A stretch of 56,076 bases of DNA, filler included, from Sphacelaria rigidula (GCA_964200075.2; 3 parts of 3 records of this genome joined end to end with filler, not necessarily neighbours in it); one strand, 5' to 3'; counted from the whole stretch's first letter, positions 14,018 through 25,284 are shown. The notes: generated by a model from the sequence alone, not told the origin. Numbers and translations are program-made.

Positions 14018-14398
14018 GTAATAATTTCCCTTTGAAGTTGTGTGTCGGTATTTGGAAATCTACTTTGGTGTTATTGCGATTCCTTTTGATGTCCCTCTCG
14101 TACCTCTCTTTGCGCTCCGAACTGTGGTTCGCGTGTGTGTAGTTTCCCCCCCCAAGTGCAGCTGCATGTGTGTGTGTGTGTGTGAATGGGCACTTCTCTA
14201 CGACCGTAACTAAGACACAGGTGTAAGGCAGGACTGGGAGCGGAAGTCCGCGGTTATGGATGTCAAATTTAGCACCGACGCGTCCGGTATTGCTCGCGAG
14301 AATTTGTTTTTGGCACGTCTCGAGGCGTGTGTTGTCAGCTCGTGTACCCGCGGGTACAGATTTAAACGTGTTGTTACATATATTCTTCCAATACAGCA

Positions 14399-15057
14399 GC
14401 CGCGCCCCGGTGGTGTAATGGTCCGTCTGTCGCCATTAGGGTGGAGAGAACGAGGCTTGAGTCATGCCCCATTAGGACGGGGGGGTGCTTGGTTTCACGA
14501 ACAAAGCGGGTTCATGGATGCTTCAGACGACCTAACACACTCGCTGTGCACTTGTAAGCGATGTCAAGCAGTATGAATGAGTGTTATTCACCAGAAGCAA
14601 GCGTGTTCGAACAACTATTGCTGCTGTCAACGACGTGGAAGGAAACACCCCCAATACCCCCGCCTCCTGTCGTACCATGCCTCGCTCTGATTCCCAATGC
14701 GTTGGGTTTTTCCTTCGTTGTATCTGATTTTCCACCCTGGAAAGCGTGAGAAGGTGAGTAAACAAAGCGTTGACTGAGTATTGACGAGAGTTGACGCGGT
14801 GCGGGAGTGCTGATGGTCATGATCCAATCCGCGAGACCGAAATGCAAGGCGTGTGTACGGGGGGGGGGCGTACTCATTTGTTGCTTGCCTTAGTCATTCG
14901 ACCATTGACCACGCATCCCTTTCGAGACGGAGCACCGTTCCTACTCCTAATAGAGAGCGTGTGTACGGGGGAGAGAGGGGTTGATCCCTTGAGTCCACGG
15001 ACTCATCCCGAGGAAGGAGAGGGGTTCAACGCGCGAAAAAATAGATTAAAAAAAAAA
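14399..15057 (+). mobile_element. SINE copy interrupted by two nested insertions
   Basis: SINE head 14399-14455, a ~230-bp insert in the B-box region, body resuming ~14688, a second insert at 14859-14956, then the SINE 3' end and A tail. Confidence 0.85.
14859..14956 (-). mobile_element. Oligo(C)-tailed retroposon-like fragment, family A
   Basis: G-run plus CGTACTCATTTGTTGCTTGCC..., flanked by the direct repeat GCGTGTGTACGGGGG (14849-14863 and 14957-14971). It is absent from the paralogous SINE copies. Confidence 0.85.
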
Positions 15058-15810
15058 GAGTACAGTTTGGTGTGAGTACAACTGAACGCCCGAGACACCC
15101 CTTTCGCGAATCGTCCTGTATGTTCCCCTTTCTGTCCGGCTCCTGAGACAGGCTGTACTGGTGGCTAATGTAGCGCACGAGAAACGCTTCCCCCACATAT
15201 ATGTAGACCTTGACAGTAGGTCGCGTTGTTGTACCCAACCTGGTGCACGGGATACACGTGTACCTCACGCCGATCCTACACCTCATATTCGCATGCATGG
15301 CAAAGAATATACCACGCCGTAGCTGTCTGGAGCTAGAGTGGTAGCACAAAAGCCATCTGCTAACTTGCGGGTGTCTGTAGTACAGAGCATACGATTCTAT
15401 TCTACCAGTGCGTCCGATCGAACGCATTTGTACATCTCGGTTGATTGATCATAGTGTGCTGTTTCACAGACGTGCCATGACTCCTGCCGTGGTGTCCGAG
15501 AAGGAGGGTAATCTGTCTACAAAAAAAGTATGTAAACAGGGGCTGCGAGCAACATTTGAGTAAAGAGAGAATGACGGTACCCCGAAAAATCTACACGGGT
15601 CTCCGAATCGGAATTCGCAGCAAAAGGAAAGCCCCCTCGCGGTGATCCTAGTGTCACTACTCCTTTCCCTTTGTAGACTTATACGCGATGTGTGCTATCG
15701 CGGCGATCGATCTTGCTCGTGTTACAGTGGGCTAGCACTAGCGATTCAGTTATGCCCTGCTGACCTGTCAGGAGCCCATGGCTGTCAACAGGCCGTTTAG
15801 GGCAAGTGAT

Positions 15811-15865
15811 TCATTGATTGATTGATTGCCGCACTTTAACCGACCCCCCCGGGTCCAGCCGTGGT
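15811..15865 (-). mobile_element. Short retroposon 3' end with (CAAT)n tail
   Basis: The minus strand reads GGGGTCGGTTAAAGTGCGGCAATCAATCAATCAAT. A related copy lies at 55244-55284 (+). Confidence 0.6.
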
Positions 15866-16321
15866 GTCATGATAGACGTACGTACCCAAGAAAAACGAAA
15901 CTGACACACGCTCTGAAGAAAAGAAGAAACAGGGGAAAAAAAAAAAGAGGCGAACAGGACGACATAGCAGACTAAGTCGTAACAAAAAGAAGTCATGAAA
16001 AAGTCGACACAAGCAAAGCACAGAAAGAAATGGGAAATTTAAAAAAAAAAAAAGAAAAAAAAAGAGGAAAGTAAAGACCAAATAAAATACAATACAAGAA
16101 AAGCGATGAAAAGAAAAGAAAGGGTCCAAGGGGTTTCAGGGCGGCAGAGTAGATAGTGAACATCCCATATATTAGTAGTGTTGAGGTTGATGCCGAATTC
16201 GCGGGCGCACGGAAATAAATTTGCCTGCTGCCACCATGGAAACCTCTTCGCTGTCCATATGATCGGCAAGTCGGAACATGCATACCCGACCATCTCGGGT
16301 CATTGTAGATTCCGGTTCCAA

Positions 16322-16610
16322 TAGGCTTTAACCTAGTTGGAGGTAGTACGTTCAGTGATCGGTGGACTGCTATGGAGTGGTCTCTAGCCGATTTCTCGTC
16401 AACCCTAAAGGGGCCACCAGCTGTTTATACTCTGTCTATGACGTGGTGAGTATGTGCTTGCTCTTTATTCTTGCAAGGCCTCGGGAGATTAAGGGACTTG
16501 CCCACCTACCATCACTAAAGACTATCTTCCTTCCCGGGTACCCAGGACCCCAAATTCCCATTCGTTCGTTCTATTTGTTCCAGTCGTGAAAAGGGTCAGC
16601 AGGGTCGACA
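16322..16610 (-). mobile_element. Possible degenerate Copia-type LTR followed by a PBS-like motif
   Basis: The minus strand starts TGTCGA and ends CCAAC(T), followed by AGGTTAAAGCC, resembling the GGTTATGxGCC-type Copia primer site. No second LTR is seen. Confidence 0.3.
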
Positions 16611-17077
16611 CCGCATGTGTATGCGTGTGTTATTTCATGTTAGGTCCCTCGAGGCACAGTAGAAGCGTTTCCTGCAGGAACGCTTAGTTTCTGGGCACAG
16701 TAGAACCAACTTCTCGTGATGCTGGATGCCATGGGGTAGCAGGATTCGAGGACGAAACCAGGTAGAGTAATCCCAGGGGAAATACCACTCGGAACGAAAA
16801 TGTCAGTGTTCTGGATATACGACGCGTATTGCTTGGCTTGTCGACTGGTCTTCAGAACGGACAGCGGTTCTGTTTGACAGACCGCCTGATTCCCGTGGCC
16901 CAGGGAATGAGATCGATTGCTTCGATGGCTGATCGTCGCACATTCACTGTTCCCCGAGGGATCCAGTCGACGTCATCATCCACAAGGTAGACCCACCCGA
17001 GGTAGGCAATACGGACGCATTCGCTGAAGGAAAGTCGACGAACTGATACAGGAGCCATGAAGTCACGCCAAGAATGG

Positions 17078-17079
<2 letters not shown>

Positions 17080-17123
<44 letters not shown>

Positions 17124-17158
17124 ACACACACACACTGGCACGCACACTGGCACACGCA
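17080..17158. repeat. (AC)n microsatellite with degenerate tail
   Basis: Read directly from the sequence. Confidence 0.95.
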
Positions 17159-17424
17159 CTTCTTACCGCATTCCAACAGCTTCTGATGCCTACATAAAGG
17201 GTAGAGTTACGCGTGTTCATCTGGCCCTGAATACTGACAGATTTCGCGCAATTATTTGGGGCGGAACATATGTGTTGTATTTTGTTCGTGAAATAGTTCC
17301 ACCTCTGTCTTTTGTTTTTTTTCTTTGCGGGACGTGACGACGGCACGAACGGTCGTTCGTGACCACCAAAAACGTAAAAAGCGAAATGATTCGGCGTCTC
17401 CCTCGATCTTGATGGTGTTTGCAG

Positions 17425-17541
17425 ATCCAGCGGTCGTGGCGTGGCTACAGAGCACGACGCGACTTCTGGACCGAGGGTGGGGCGGGCCTCTACGCCCTCG
17501 CCGTTCGAGTGCAAAGGGTCTACCGGGGCTGGAGGGGCAAG
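17425..17541 (+). CDS. Exon encoding two IQ motifs (IQRSWRGYRARR; VQRVYRGWRGK)
   Basis: Acceptor gtttgcag and 39 open codons matching [IV]QxxxRGxxx[RK] twice. The donor AAG|gttcga is tentative. This exon is missing from the ORF track. Confidence 0.85.
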
Positions 17542-18570
17542 GTTCGACCACATTATGAGGATTTCGTGCAGCTATAATCAGGGGGGTGGGTGGGCGGGTG
17601 GGTGGGTGGGGAGGGAGGGAGGGCGTACACCTTGAATACCGCGCAGTAGAATACTCAATATGTTTGAGACAGAAATCCACCCTTTTTTTCTGCAGGTTAC
17701 AAGCACTTCATCTGATCCTGCGCATGAATTATACATCTTCTCTGTTGACAGAGGGACTGATCTACCGCCTCCTTCTCTCATCTCCGGTTGGATTTCTTCT
17801 CGTTCTATGACCTATGACCAACGGCAATCCATACTATAGCCGTAATCTTTCTTGCCCCTGGGTTCCATTCCTTGCGATTTTTTTTCTGCTCTTTCTTTGT
17901 CTGTCTCCGTTTCTCTCTCTCTTTCTCTCTTTCTCTATCTCTCTCCTTCTTTCATAGTCAGTGTTATACGGCAGAACTTGGGTATCATGCTTTAGGGCTC
18001 ATAATTTAGAGGCCATGCACAAATGGTGTGGTCCGGGGTAGCTGAGCTGCAGTCTACTCGCGCGGTCGGTTTGTTTCATTTTATGCATGGGTGCATGCGC
18101 TTTAACATGCGCCTTTTCATCTGGAGCCATTTTGCAGGGGCCGCCCGTTTTCTGGTTTTAGGCTAACTCTAATTGGAGCCGTTCAAAATTGCTGTTGAAA
18201 ACTGCCTTTGGGCCCTTGCCCATCGTTTTAAGCCCGAAAAGGGTGCTAGGCGGACGTTGATGCCTTGGAATGGATTGCTCTAGTCGTTGAGATCGTTCCA
18301 GGGCAATTCGCGTTTCCCGCTGGCCGCATTTTTGTTTTTCATCAAAGTTGCATCTTCAATAAAAAAACGGTCAGGTTAGGGGTACATCAGGATTGAAAAT
18401 GATCACCCCCCACCCCCTGCGAACCTCTTTTTCGGACCTTTCTCTTTAATTCATATCTTTAACGCTATTTGCCGCGTTGGTTTCGAGGCGAGGACTTGAG
18501 GTGCCAAACACGCTCGTGCGCTGAGAGGCGATATGTACAGTGTATGTGCGCGATGAAAAAGCGTGTAGGA

Positions 18571-18634
18571 GGGGGGTGTACTCATGATCATGCATGCCAT
18601 AGTCATATGACCATTGACCTCGCATCCCTACAAA
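18571..18634 (-). mobile_element. Oligo(C)-tailed retroposon-like fragment, family B (cut by scaffold end)
   Basis: GGGGGGTGTACTCATGATCATGCATGCCATAGTCAT..., with copies at 25975, 40497 and 53434. Confidence 0.8.
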
Positions 18635-18734
18635 NNNNNNNNNNNNNNNNNNNNNNNNNNNNNNNNNNNNNNNNNNNNTTAATTAATTAANNNNNNNNNN
18701 NNNNNNNNNNNNNNNNNNNNNNNNNNNNNNNNNN
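18635..18734. other. Artificial scaffold-joining spacer (N44-TTAATTAATTAA-N44)
   Basis: Exactly 100 nt. The core has stop codons in all six frames and is identical to the spacer at 37358. Confidence 0.97.
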
Positions 18735-18780
18735 CACTTCCAGAGACAGCCACGGCTTTTACACTGCCTCATGGGTGTCA
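18735..18780 (-). mobile_element. Short dispersed repeat (retroposon 3' end)
   Basis: CACTTCCAGAGACAGCCACGGCTT..CCTCATGGGTGTC also occurs at 27860-27904 and, inverted, at 37301-37357. Confidence 0.8.
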
Positions 18781-19065
18781 GGGGGGGTGGGGGGGGGGGG
18801 GGTAGTGGAGTTCCCGATCATCCCCAATTTTACTCCCCGTCATTTTCCGCTCGAAGTTGCGGAAAAAAATTGAGAACAAAATTGGGCAATATATATGAAA
18901 ATACATAATATACTCTTCAATTTTGAATCCGTACTGCGGTAAGTGATCAGCCCCAAGACGTCATTATTGACACGTCATCAAATGAGGGCTGGCAGTGAGT
19001 GTGGAACCTTCAGATGACGAACCACCCTCGTGTCTCCAAAATTCTCGATGGAGAGAAATACCCGC

Positions 19066-19226
19066 CTGAGCGCTAGGTCCGTCGCGACACCGCACAGATG
19101 CTTTGCCACTGCCACGACAGGTCTCTGCTCCCCCTCGGCACTGGTCAGGGACGGAAGACCCGCCATGTTGAGATCTCGTATGTCTATCCGAGCTCTTACG
19201 GTAGCCCCGTCTAGCTTCTTGTCCGC
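19066..19226 (-). CDS. TRM13: tRNA:m4X modification enzyme TRM13, exon (ADKKL...RIDIRDL...AKHLCGVATDLALR)
   Basis: Carries the hallmark KHLCGxATDLxLR motif. Acceptor ttgcatag, phase 0. The donor is either AG|gcgggt (19066) or CGG|gtattt (19062). Downstream exons are lost at the scaffold end. Confidence 0.92.
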
Positions 19227-19443
19227 CTATGCAAACACGTTGAGAAAAATCGCGGATTAATGGCAGCTCAATTTTAAGCAGTCGTATTCCATCATTCAGC
19301 TCCTACCCTCTGGAAACGCCCCACATAATCCGTAGTATCGAGCAAGCACTGGAATAGTACCGGTTGAAGCACAAATCCGCCGATAGCATGAGTAAAATAC
19401 GCATGACCTCACTTAGACGCCACGTCACACCTCCTACGTGATA

Positions 19444-20568
19444 CAGGCTGGTTCAGATTGAATACCCAATATTCATTCCCCGGCTGATGACGAACGCAAT
19501 ACCCAGCCAATATGCACAATTGTGGTATCATACTGACCGCGATGGACAGACAAAAAGGCTGACATAGCCAGATTTTTGTTTAGGGCTATAGCGGTGGCGC
19601 TGTGGACAAAAGTATGTCTCGACCAATCAGCGCCCTTCAAATTGTTCCGAAATTGAAAACATGAATTCCAAGCCTAATTCCCACCGAATCTCCACATTGT
19701 TCAAACCATAGTAACCGTCATCAGCTTGGTAATCTAACGGGAGAAACAGAGTTGAAAACGGTTCCAACGGGGTCGAACTTTGCCCGAAACCGTTATGTTT
19801 CGGTGATGTGGAGCTTTGGTGTCGTCTAGTTTCCAATCGTGATACGTACGAAAGACCCACGGAGCCTCATGACGATTTCCCTTTTATCTTTTGAAGAAAA
19901 GCTCAGATCATCCTCAAACTTGGCCGTTCCGTAGGTATTGATGCTCCAAAAGTGAAAATGGTATTCTTGGCAAGGTTTCAAAGTTTCTCCGTTCTGTACC
20001 GGCTTCCGGGGGTCCCAGCATAAAGGCTCCCGGAAACCGGTACAGAATGCCTCAACACCAAAAGTTTGACATCTTACGGTTTTAGGTGGTATCCCAAGAA
20101 ACATGTGTATCAATTCTCGTCGCTCAACTCGCCAAACTGAATCGGCTGGGTCTTTAACCGTAAAAACAACCCTCAAAAAAGGCGATTCTGTACTTTAATC
20201 AAGTAATTAGGGGGGCACGCAGACTTCAGCGCACGTTTTGGCATTTTCTCACGCTGTTTTTTCGAGTTAGATCACGAAAATTTGCTCGGGTTCTGGAGGG
20301 CACTATCTAAAACTCGAAGACCGTTTTTTTTCATTTCTTTTTTCATGTTGGTGGCTTTTAATCCAAGGTCGCGGTTGACCTACTTGACCGGGGAAGGAGT
20401 CAGGTTCCGACTATCTCGACACCAAAACCCAAAATAAAACCCCCCGGTCTTCGAGTTTTAGATAGTGCCTTCAAGAACATGTGTGCAATTTTTCGTGGTC
20501 TAACTCGAAAAAACGGCGTGAGGAAATACCGGGAAATAAATTGGGGGTATTCAATCTGAACCAGCTCG
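19444..20568 (-). mobile_element. Non-autonomous TIR DNA transposon, ~1.12 kb (TA target, Tc1/mariner-like)
   Basis: TIR CAGGCTGGTTCAGATTGAATACCC / GGGTATTCAATCTGAACCAGCTCG with TA on the left. It is colinear with the inverted copy at 26272-27392 and contains internal inverted repeats. Confidence 0.88.
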
Positions 20569-21206
20569 TGTCTTCCGGCGCATCAAAATAGCACATAAAT
20601 GTTCAGAACAAGCGCGATGCCGGGCAAATTTTCAAGCCCCATCGATCAAAATCGAAGAACCGCGCTGTCAGCTTTGTGCCTGATCCGTGTGTGAAACGCG
20701 CATGCAGGGAAGTGTTAAGAATCCGAACATTCCGGCCATGTAACGGCCAGGACTGGAAGCGCCTCTCCTGCACGAGAAGAACACTACGAACCGACTGCTT
20801 TACTATCCCCACCGCGGCCGTAGAGCTTTTCCGAAGACAGCACACTACTCAGCTGAACAGCATTCGCCCTCTTTCACCTACATATGACTCGAACCTACAT
20901 CGCGAATATGTCGATGTCAAATGAGTGACAACTATTGTGACGTTCCAAAACAAAACAGCAGTGGTTCGCTCGGTATTAAACTCCGCGCAAAAACCGAGTA
21001 AAACGCGGGTGACCTCGAAAAAACACTCAGAATGGCGCGCTGTGTCCAATTTTGAAGCAGAACGAGATTGCGCTATGAACCCCTGCTCACATTTCTTCCG
21101 GCAGAAAATCTTTTCTCACGGGGTGCTTCGCCGATTGTACAACACCTGCGTTCAACTCCCGATTCTACTTTCCGTAAGGCGGGATATTCGGCTCTTCAAT
21201 GCGTAC

Positions 21207-21342
21207 CTTATGTCTCACAGAAGAACGTTCCACCATGGTGATCGCCGACCCTGGAAATGCGGTTGAGATGGCTTGTCCTAAGGCACCCTTTCCCGCGCCC
21301 ATCTCTACGTGCAATGTGCCGGACCCTGGCCCTACGAGCCCC
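21207..21342 (-). CDS. TRM13: TRM13 exon with SAM-binding motif I (VEMGAGKG...MVERSSVRHK)
   Basis: Acceptor ctttcttccag in phase 2 and donor AAG|gtacgc. It joins the next exon as RHK-ADK. Confidence 0.93.
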
Positions 21343-22508
21343 CTGGAAGAAAGCGTCAGAAACGCGTACAAACTATCACATTAAAAAATCATAGATCAGT
21401 GCACGAAAAAGCAAAAATGAACCTGGAAACGCAAAGCAAATCCCAGGAACCCCAGCCCCAGTTTCTGAAGACATCGACGCACTAGCGTGTTGGAGGTCAG
21501 GAACACGCTAGCGTGTCAATGCCTTCAGGCCTGAGTGGACTCACAACCCCAACTTGGGCTCACAGTCGCACGCTCAACTCACACACTTCCTCCCGTATAG
21601 TCAAAAGCCCCACGAGAAAGAGAGTTCGACAAGCGTATTACAGCTAGCTCGAATGCCCAACATACCTGATACCCAAGTCTACTGTACTGTTGAGGTACTC
21701 AAAAATGCGCAACACTCTCCACCAGTCTTGAGGGGTAGGATCCTCGTCGTGACGCGGTGTAGGCCTCACTGCGTCGGCGATGTACGCGCATCATGTTGCA
21801 CATGTGCAAAATAAAGGAAGGTGTCGATTGGGAAATTTCACCCACGGAATGCAATAAAGGCTGATTTGCTTCACCGGTAAGCAGATTTCACCGACTAGTT
21901 TTGTGTTAGTTTCTGTAACGGGGCTTGTAATTTCTCTCCTAGGAGCCGAGCCCCCCTTCCGCTTGCTCCGCCAATTTTTGAGCAAACCATGGATTTCTCA
22001 AGGTCCAGGTAGCGCCCAGGCATTGAATGTTTGTTTTGGCGGGGGGAGGGGCAATAAGGAATTCTTCGAGTTTTGATTCCGAGCCAAACGTGGACTTGTC
22101 ACAGCCTAGGCAGCATTCAGGCATCATTTTGTTTGGTGGGAAATCAGTCACTACAACTGCGACAGGATGGGAAACAACGGCGGACCGCGCAGGACCCCCG
22201 CCAGCACCGCCAGCACCGCCACAAACGAGAGACTGAAGGTTGGGTTCCAGAGAGTAAAGAAGATCGCACGAGAGCATGGACAACACTGACAAGCCAGCGC
22301 CGACTACGGCAAAGCGACGATGTAGCGCTTTCTCTGATACATCGTCGCGACAACGGTTCAAAGAACATCACACGGACCGCTGAGAATGGATGACACAAAC
22401 GGCAACATTCTCTGACCAGTACGTTTCCGATAAAGCCGAAGCGTTGGAAATCTTGAGCACCTGCAGCAGTGTTGTTCAACGTGTTTCACCACTTAGGAGA
22501 AGACTCGC

Positions 22509-22592
22509 CTTTTGAGCATGTGTCCCAAGATGGAGGCCTGCTGTAGGACATGTCTTCCCTTGCGGAAGCCGGTGCCTCCCTCCAGGCTGGCC
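22509..22592 (-). CDS. TRM13: TRM13 exon (ASLEGGTGFRKGRHVLQQASILGHMLKR)
   Basis: Conserved HxxQQASILGHM motif, 84 nt, phase 2-2, GC donor AG|gcgagt. Confidence 0.92.
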
Positions 22593-22832
22593 CTGGCCAT
22601 CAATAACGCAACATCGCAATACCCGCGTACGAAACAAGATTTCGAGTGCAATATCATCCAAGACCCTCATCTCTAAACTTTCCGTGGAGAACATTACTTG
22701 CATGGTGGATTTCAAAATTTAGGAACCGTGCTTGCAATATTTGTGTGAACAGTACCGCATCTTTTTTGTGCGTACAATTATGAAATATCAAATTTTGTCG
22801 CGACAAAAGCAGTTTTTCAAAGGTTCTTAAGG

Positions 22833-24095
22833 TAGAGTACATATCCCGGGGTAGCCGAGATTTCCAGGGTATTTCAACTGCACAGTACTCCAGGGAACGA
22901 ATGGTATCGACATCCGAAAATAATCACTACTGCAAGTTACGAACTGCGTAAATTACAGGGTACTCCAGGGCATGCAAGGTATCGACTGCAAAAGTACTGG
23001 GTACCACAGGGAACCTCGGATATTCGCCGCCCGAACCACTCGATGGAGCACAAGGAGTACTGAGTACAAGCACTGATACTCCGGGTACACAGGGTATCGA
23101 TTGCTGAAGGTACTGAGTGCCCCACGGTGCCTTGGGTGCCGGCCCCCTACATTTCCGGGGTGGTACCTGGGGTGCTCAGTACAAGTGCCGAGTACTACGA
23201 GTATCCAGGGCATCACCCGCCAAGAATACTCAGTACCTCCTTTTATCCGGGGTATCGATCACCGAATGAACGGAGTACCTCACGGCACCCACGCTATCGA
23301 TACCCCACAATACCCAGTATTCCAAGGTACGTACAGTACCCATGCTAGACAATAACTTGATAAATGCACTTACAGTACACGCAACGCAACGGGACACATA
23401 AAAAAAGCTGATATTGTTTTCGGGGGAAGCAATACTGCGAGTCCTAATCAATCACGCTTCAGCAGACAAAAGCAAGCCACCCCCTTCCTCTTCCACGTAT
23501 TACAACCGATTCAACGAACCCACAAGGTTTGTACAAATATTTCTCAGTGTTCAGTAGACCGCACGCGACACCCACGAAAGGTGCATGGGGAGGGGTGCGA
23601 ACCGTGGGGTATCCCGGATTTTCGGGTTAATGGAACACCCAGTGCTCCAGGGTACGAATGCGTGGAAGACCAATCCCCCGATGGTATGCAGCGGATCAAC
23701 TGCCGAATGGATGGGGTACGTCAACACCTCGTGCACCCGCCTCCCGAGGTACCTGGTCTAGTACTCGGAGTACTGAGTACAAGTATCGAGTACTCCGGGT
23801 GCTCGGGGCACCACTAGTCGAGTATACAGTACTCGGTGTTAACCGGGTACCTAGGGTATTGAGCGTCAACAACACTCAGTATTTCAGGGTTCTCAGGTGT
23901 TGACCTTCCTCTTGTGTGACCCCGGCTGGTGCGCCCACATACACCGAAAGGTGTAGACCGGCGCCCAGAATTGATGGGACGACAGCACACACTCAGGGTA
24001 ACAACAGTTCCAAATATTCAGTGTTCGAGAGTATCAAGGGTATCGATGTCCCACAGTACCCTAAATTGTACCCTACCTACGCTGAGCACCTTTAA
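22833..24095. repeat. Two blocks of degenerate GTAC/AGTACT-rich repeat (about 22833-23345 and 23600-24095)
   Basis: Very dense GTACT, GGTACC and GTATCGA words. The two blocks share alignable segments (e.g. TGCTCAGTACAAGTGCCGAGTACT vs TACTGAGTACAAGTATCGAGTACT). Boundaries are approximate. Confidence 0.65.
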
Positions 24096-24571
24096 AGAAT
24101 TTGGATGGGAGTGAGGCATACTTGAGTCGCTGTCCCTTCAACGAACAAGCGTCAACGCAACCAAGAGAAACTCAAACTATTCCTGACACAGTAGCGCGCC
24201 GTCACGCCCGGAATGAATTTTCACGCACGGACCACTGTTCCCCGCCAAAAGGCTAAGCGCCAAAAAAATCGGTGGACCCCCTTTTTGTTCCCAGGGTATC
24301 CACATCAACCGGGCCATCGCATAACCGTTGAAACGCAACGGGTGAGCAATCGGACGAACCGACAAACACAAGACGGACCAGCGGGGACTATTTTGACTCT
24401 TCATCCATGATGTTCCTTCTTCTCCAGCTCCATGGTACACAACCACATGGTGATTCATTACTCCTGAGTCAACCAGAACCACGAAGCACGGCCACCTGTC
24501 CATCCGATAATAGCTACATTCACTGCTTGGTCGTTCAAAAGGCTGCGTTTGTGGTCATGTGAGGTACTCGC

Positions 24572-24681
24572 CGGTGCAATGGTTGAACCTCTGGAGGGTC
24601 CAGCACCTCCGTGGGCAGGTGGCCAACGTGCTCAGCGTGAGCGACGGCCACACGGGCTATGAGGTCCCGCACAAACGCCTC
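24572..24681 (-). CDS. TRM13: TRM13 exon (EAFVRDLIARVAVAHAEHVGHLPTEVLDPPEVQPLHR)
   Basis: Acceptor ggacag in phase 0. The GC donor CG|gcgagt is needed for the phase-2 join to 22592. Confidence 0.85.
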
Positions 24682-24981
24682 CTGTCCGACGACGAAAATA
24701 TACCAACCAAGCAAGATAAAAAGAAAAATGGATTCACATATTACGTTTCCCGAACCCAATGGACTGGAAATTCCTCTGTGCGACCGAAGAAGCACAGCTC
24801 CAAGAGTCTCCACAGCTAGATATATGCCATGTACGTAGCACTCACCATCAAAGGGCATGCCGACCTACAAGCGAAGCCTTTACAGACACACACATACACT
24901 CACAGCCTTCGGACACATCAGCCAGACGGTCAAAAACGCATTTGAAAGCGAAAAGATATGCAGCAACCACAACTCGCTTAC

Positions 24982-25137
24982 GTCGAGCGGAGCAGTGTTG
25001 CCCGCAGGTTCTCGGTATCCGTCAGTCCTTTCGTCTCCTTCGTCTTCAGCGGGAGGCAAAGGTGGTCCAGAGTTTATGTTCTTGGAGTAGTACGGCTGCT
25101 GCTCTAGCTCTTTCGACTGTCGCGTTCTATTGCAAAT
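24982..25137 (-). CDS. TRM13: TRM13 exon (ICNRTRQ...PYYSKNINSG...)
   Basis: Acceptor ctttccag and donor GAC|gtaagc. It completes the CHHC finger (HLK-IC) and has the YxxxIN[SA]G motif. Confidence 0.92.
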
Positions 25138-25284
25138 CTGGAAAGATAAAGGACACCCGGCGGGGGACAATGTCCTCGAGTATGGAATGGAAGCGGGCGC
25201 CTAAGGTGAGCACTGTCATGTGGGGGGTGAGAGCAGCAGTCTTGACAGAGAATTTGCGGCAGCGAATGGAGCCATAGATACAAT

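Noticed and set aside
16223-16240. ACCHH peptide resembling the TRM13 C-terminal CCHH motif
   Set aside because: It is on the wrong strand and a different scaffold, with no surrounding similarity.
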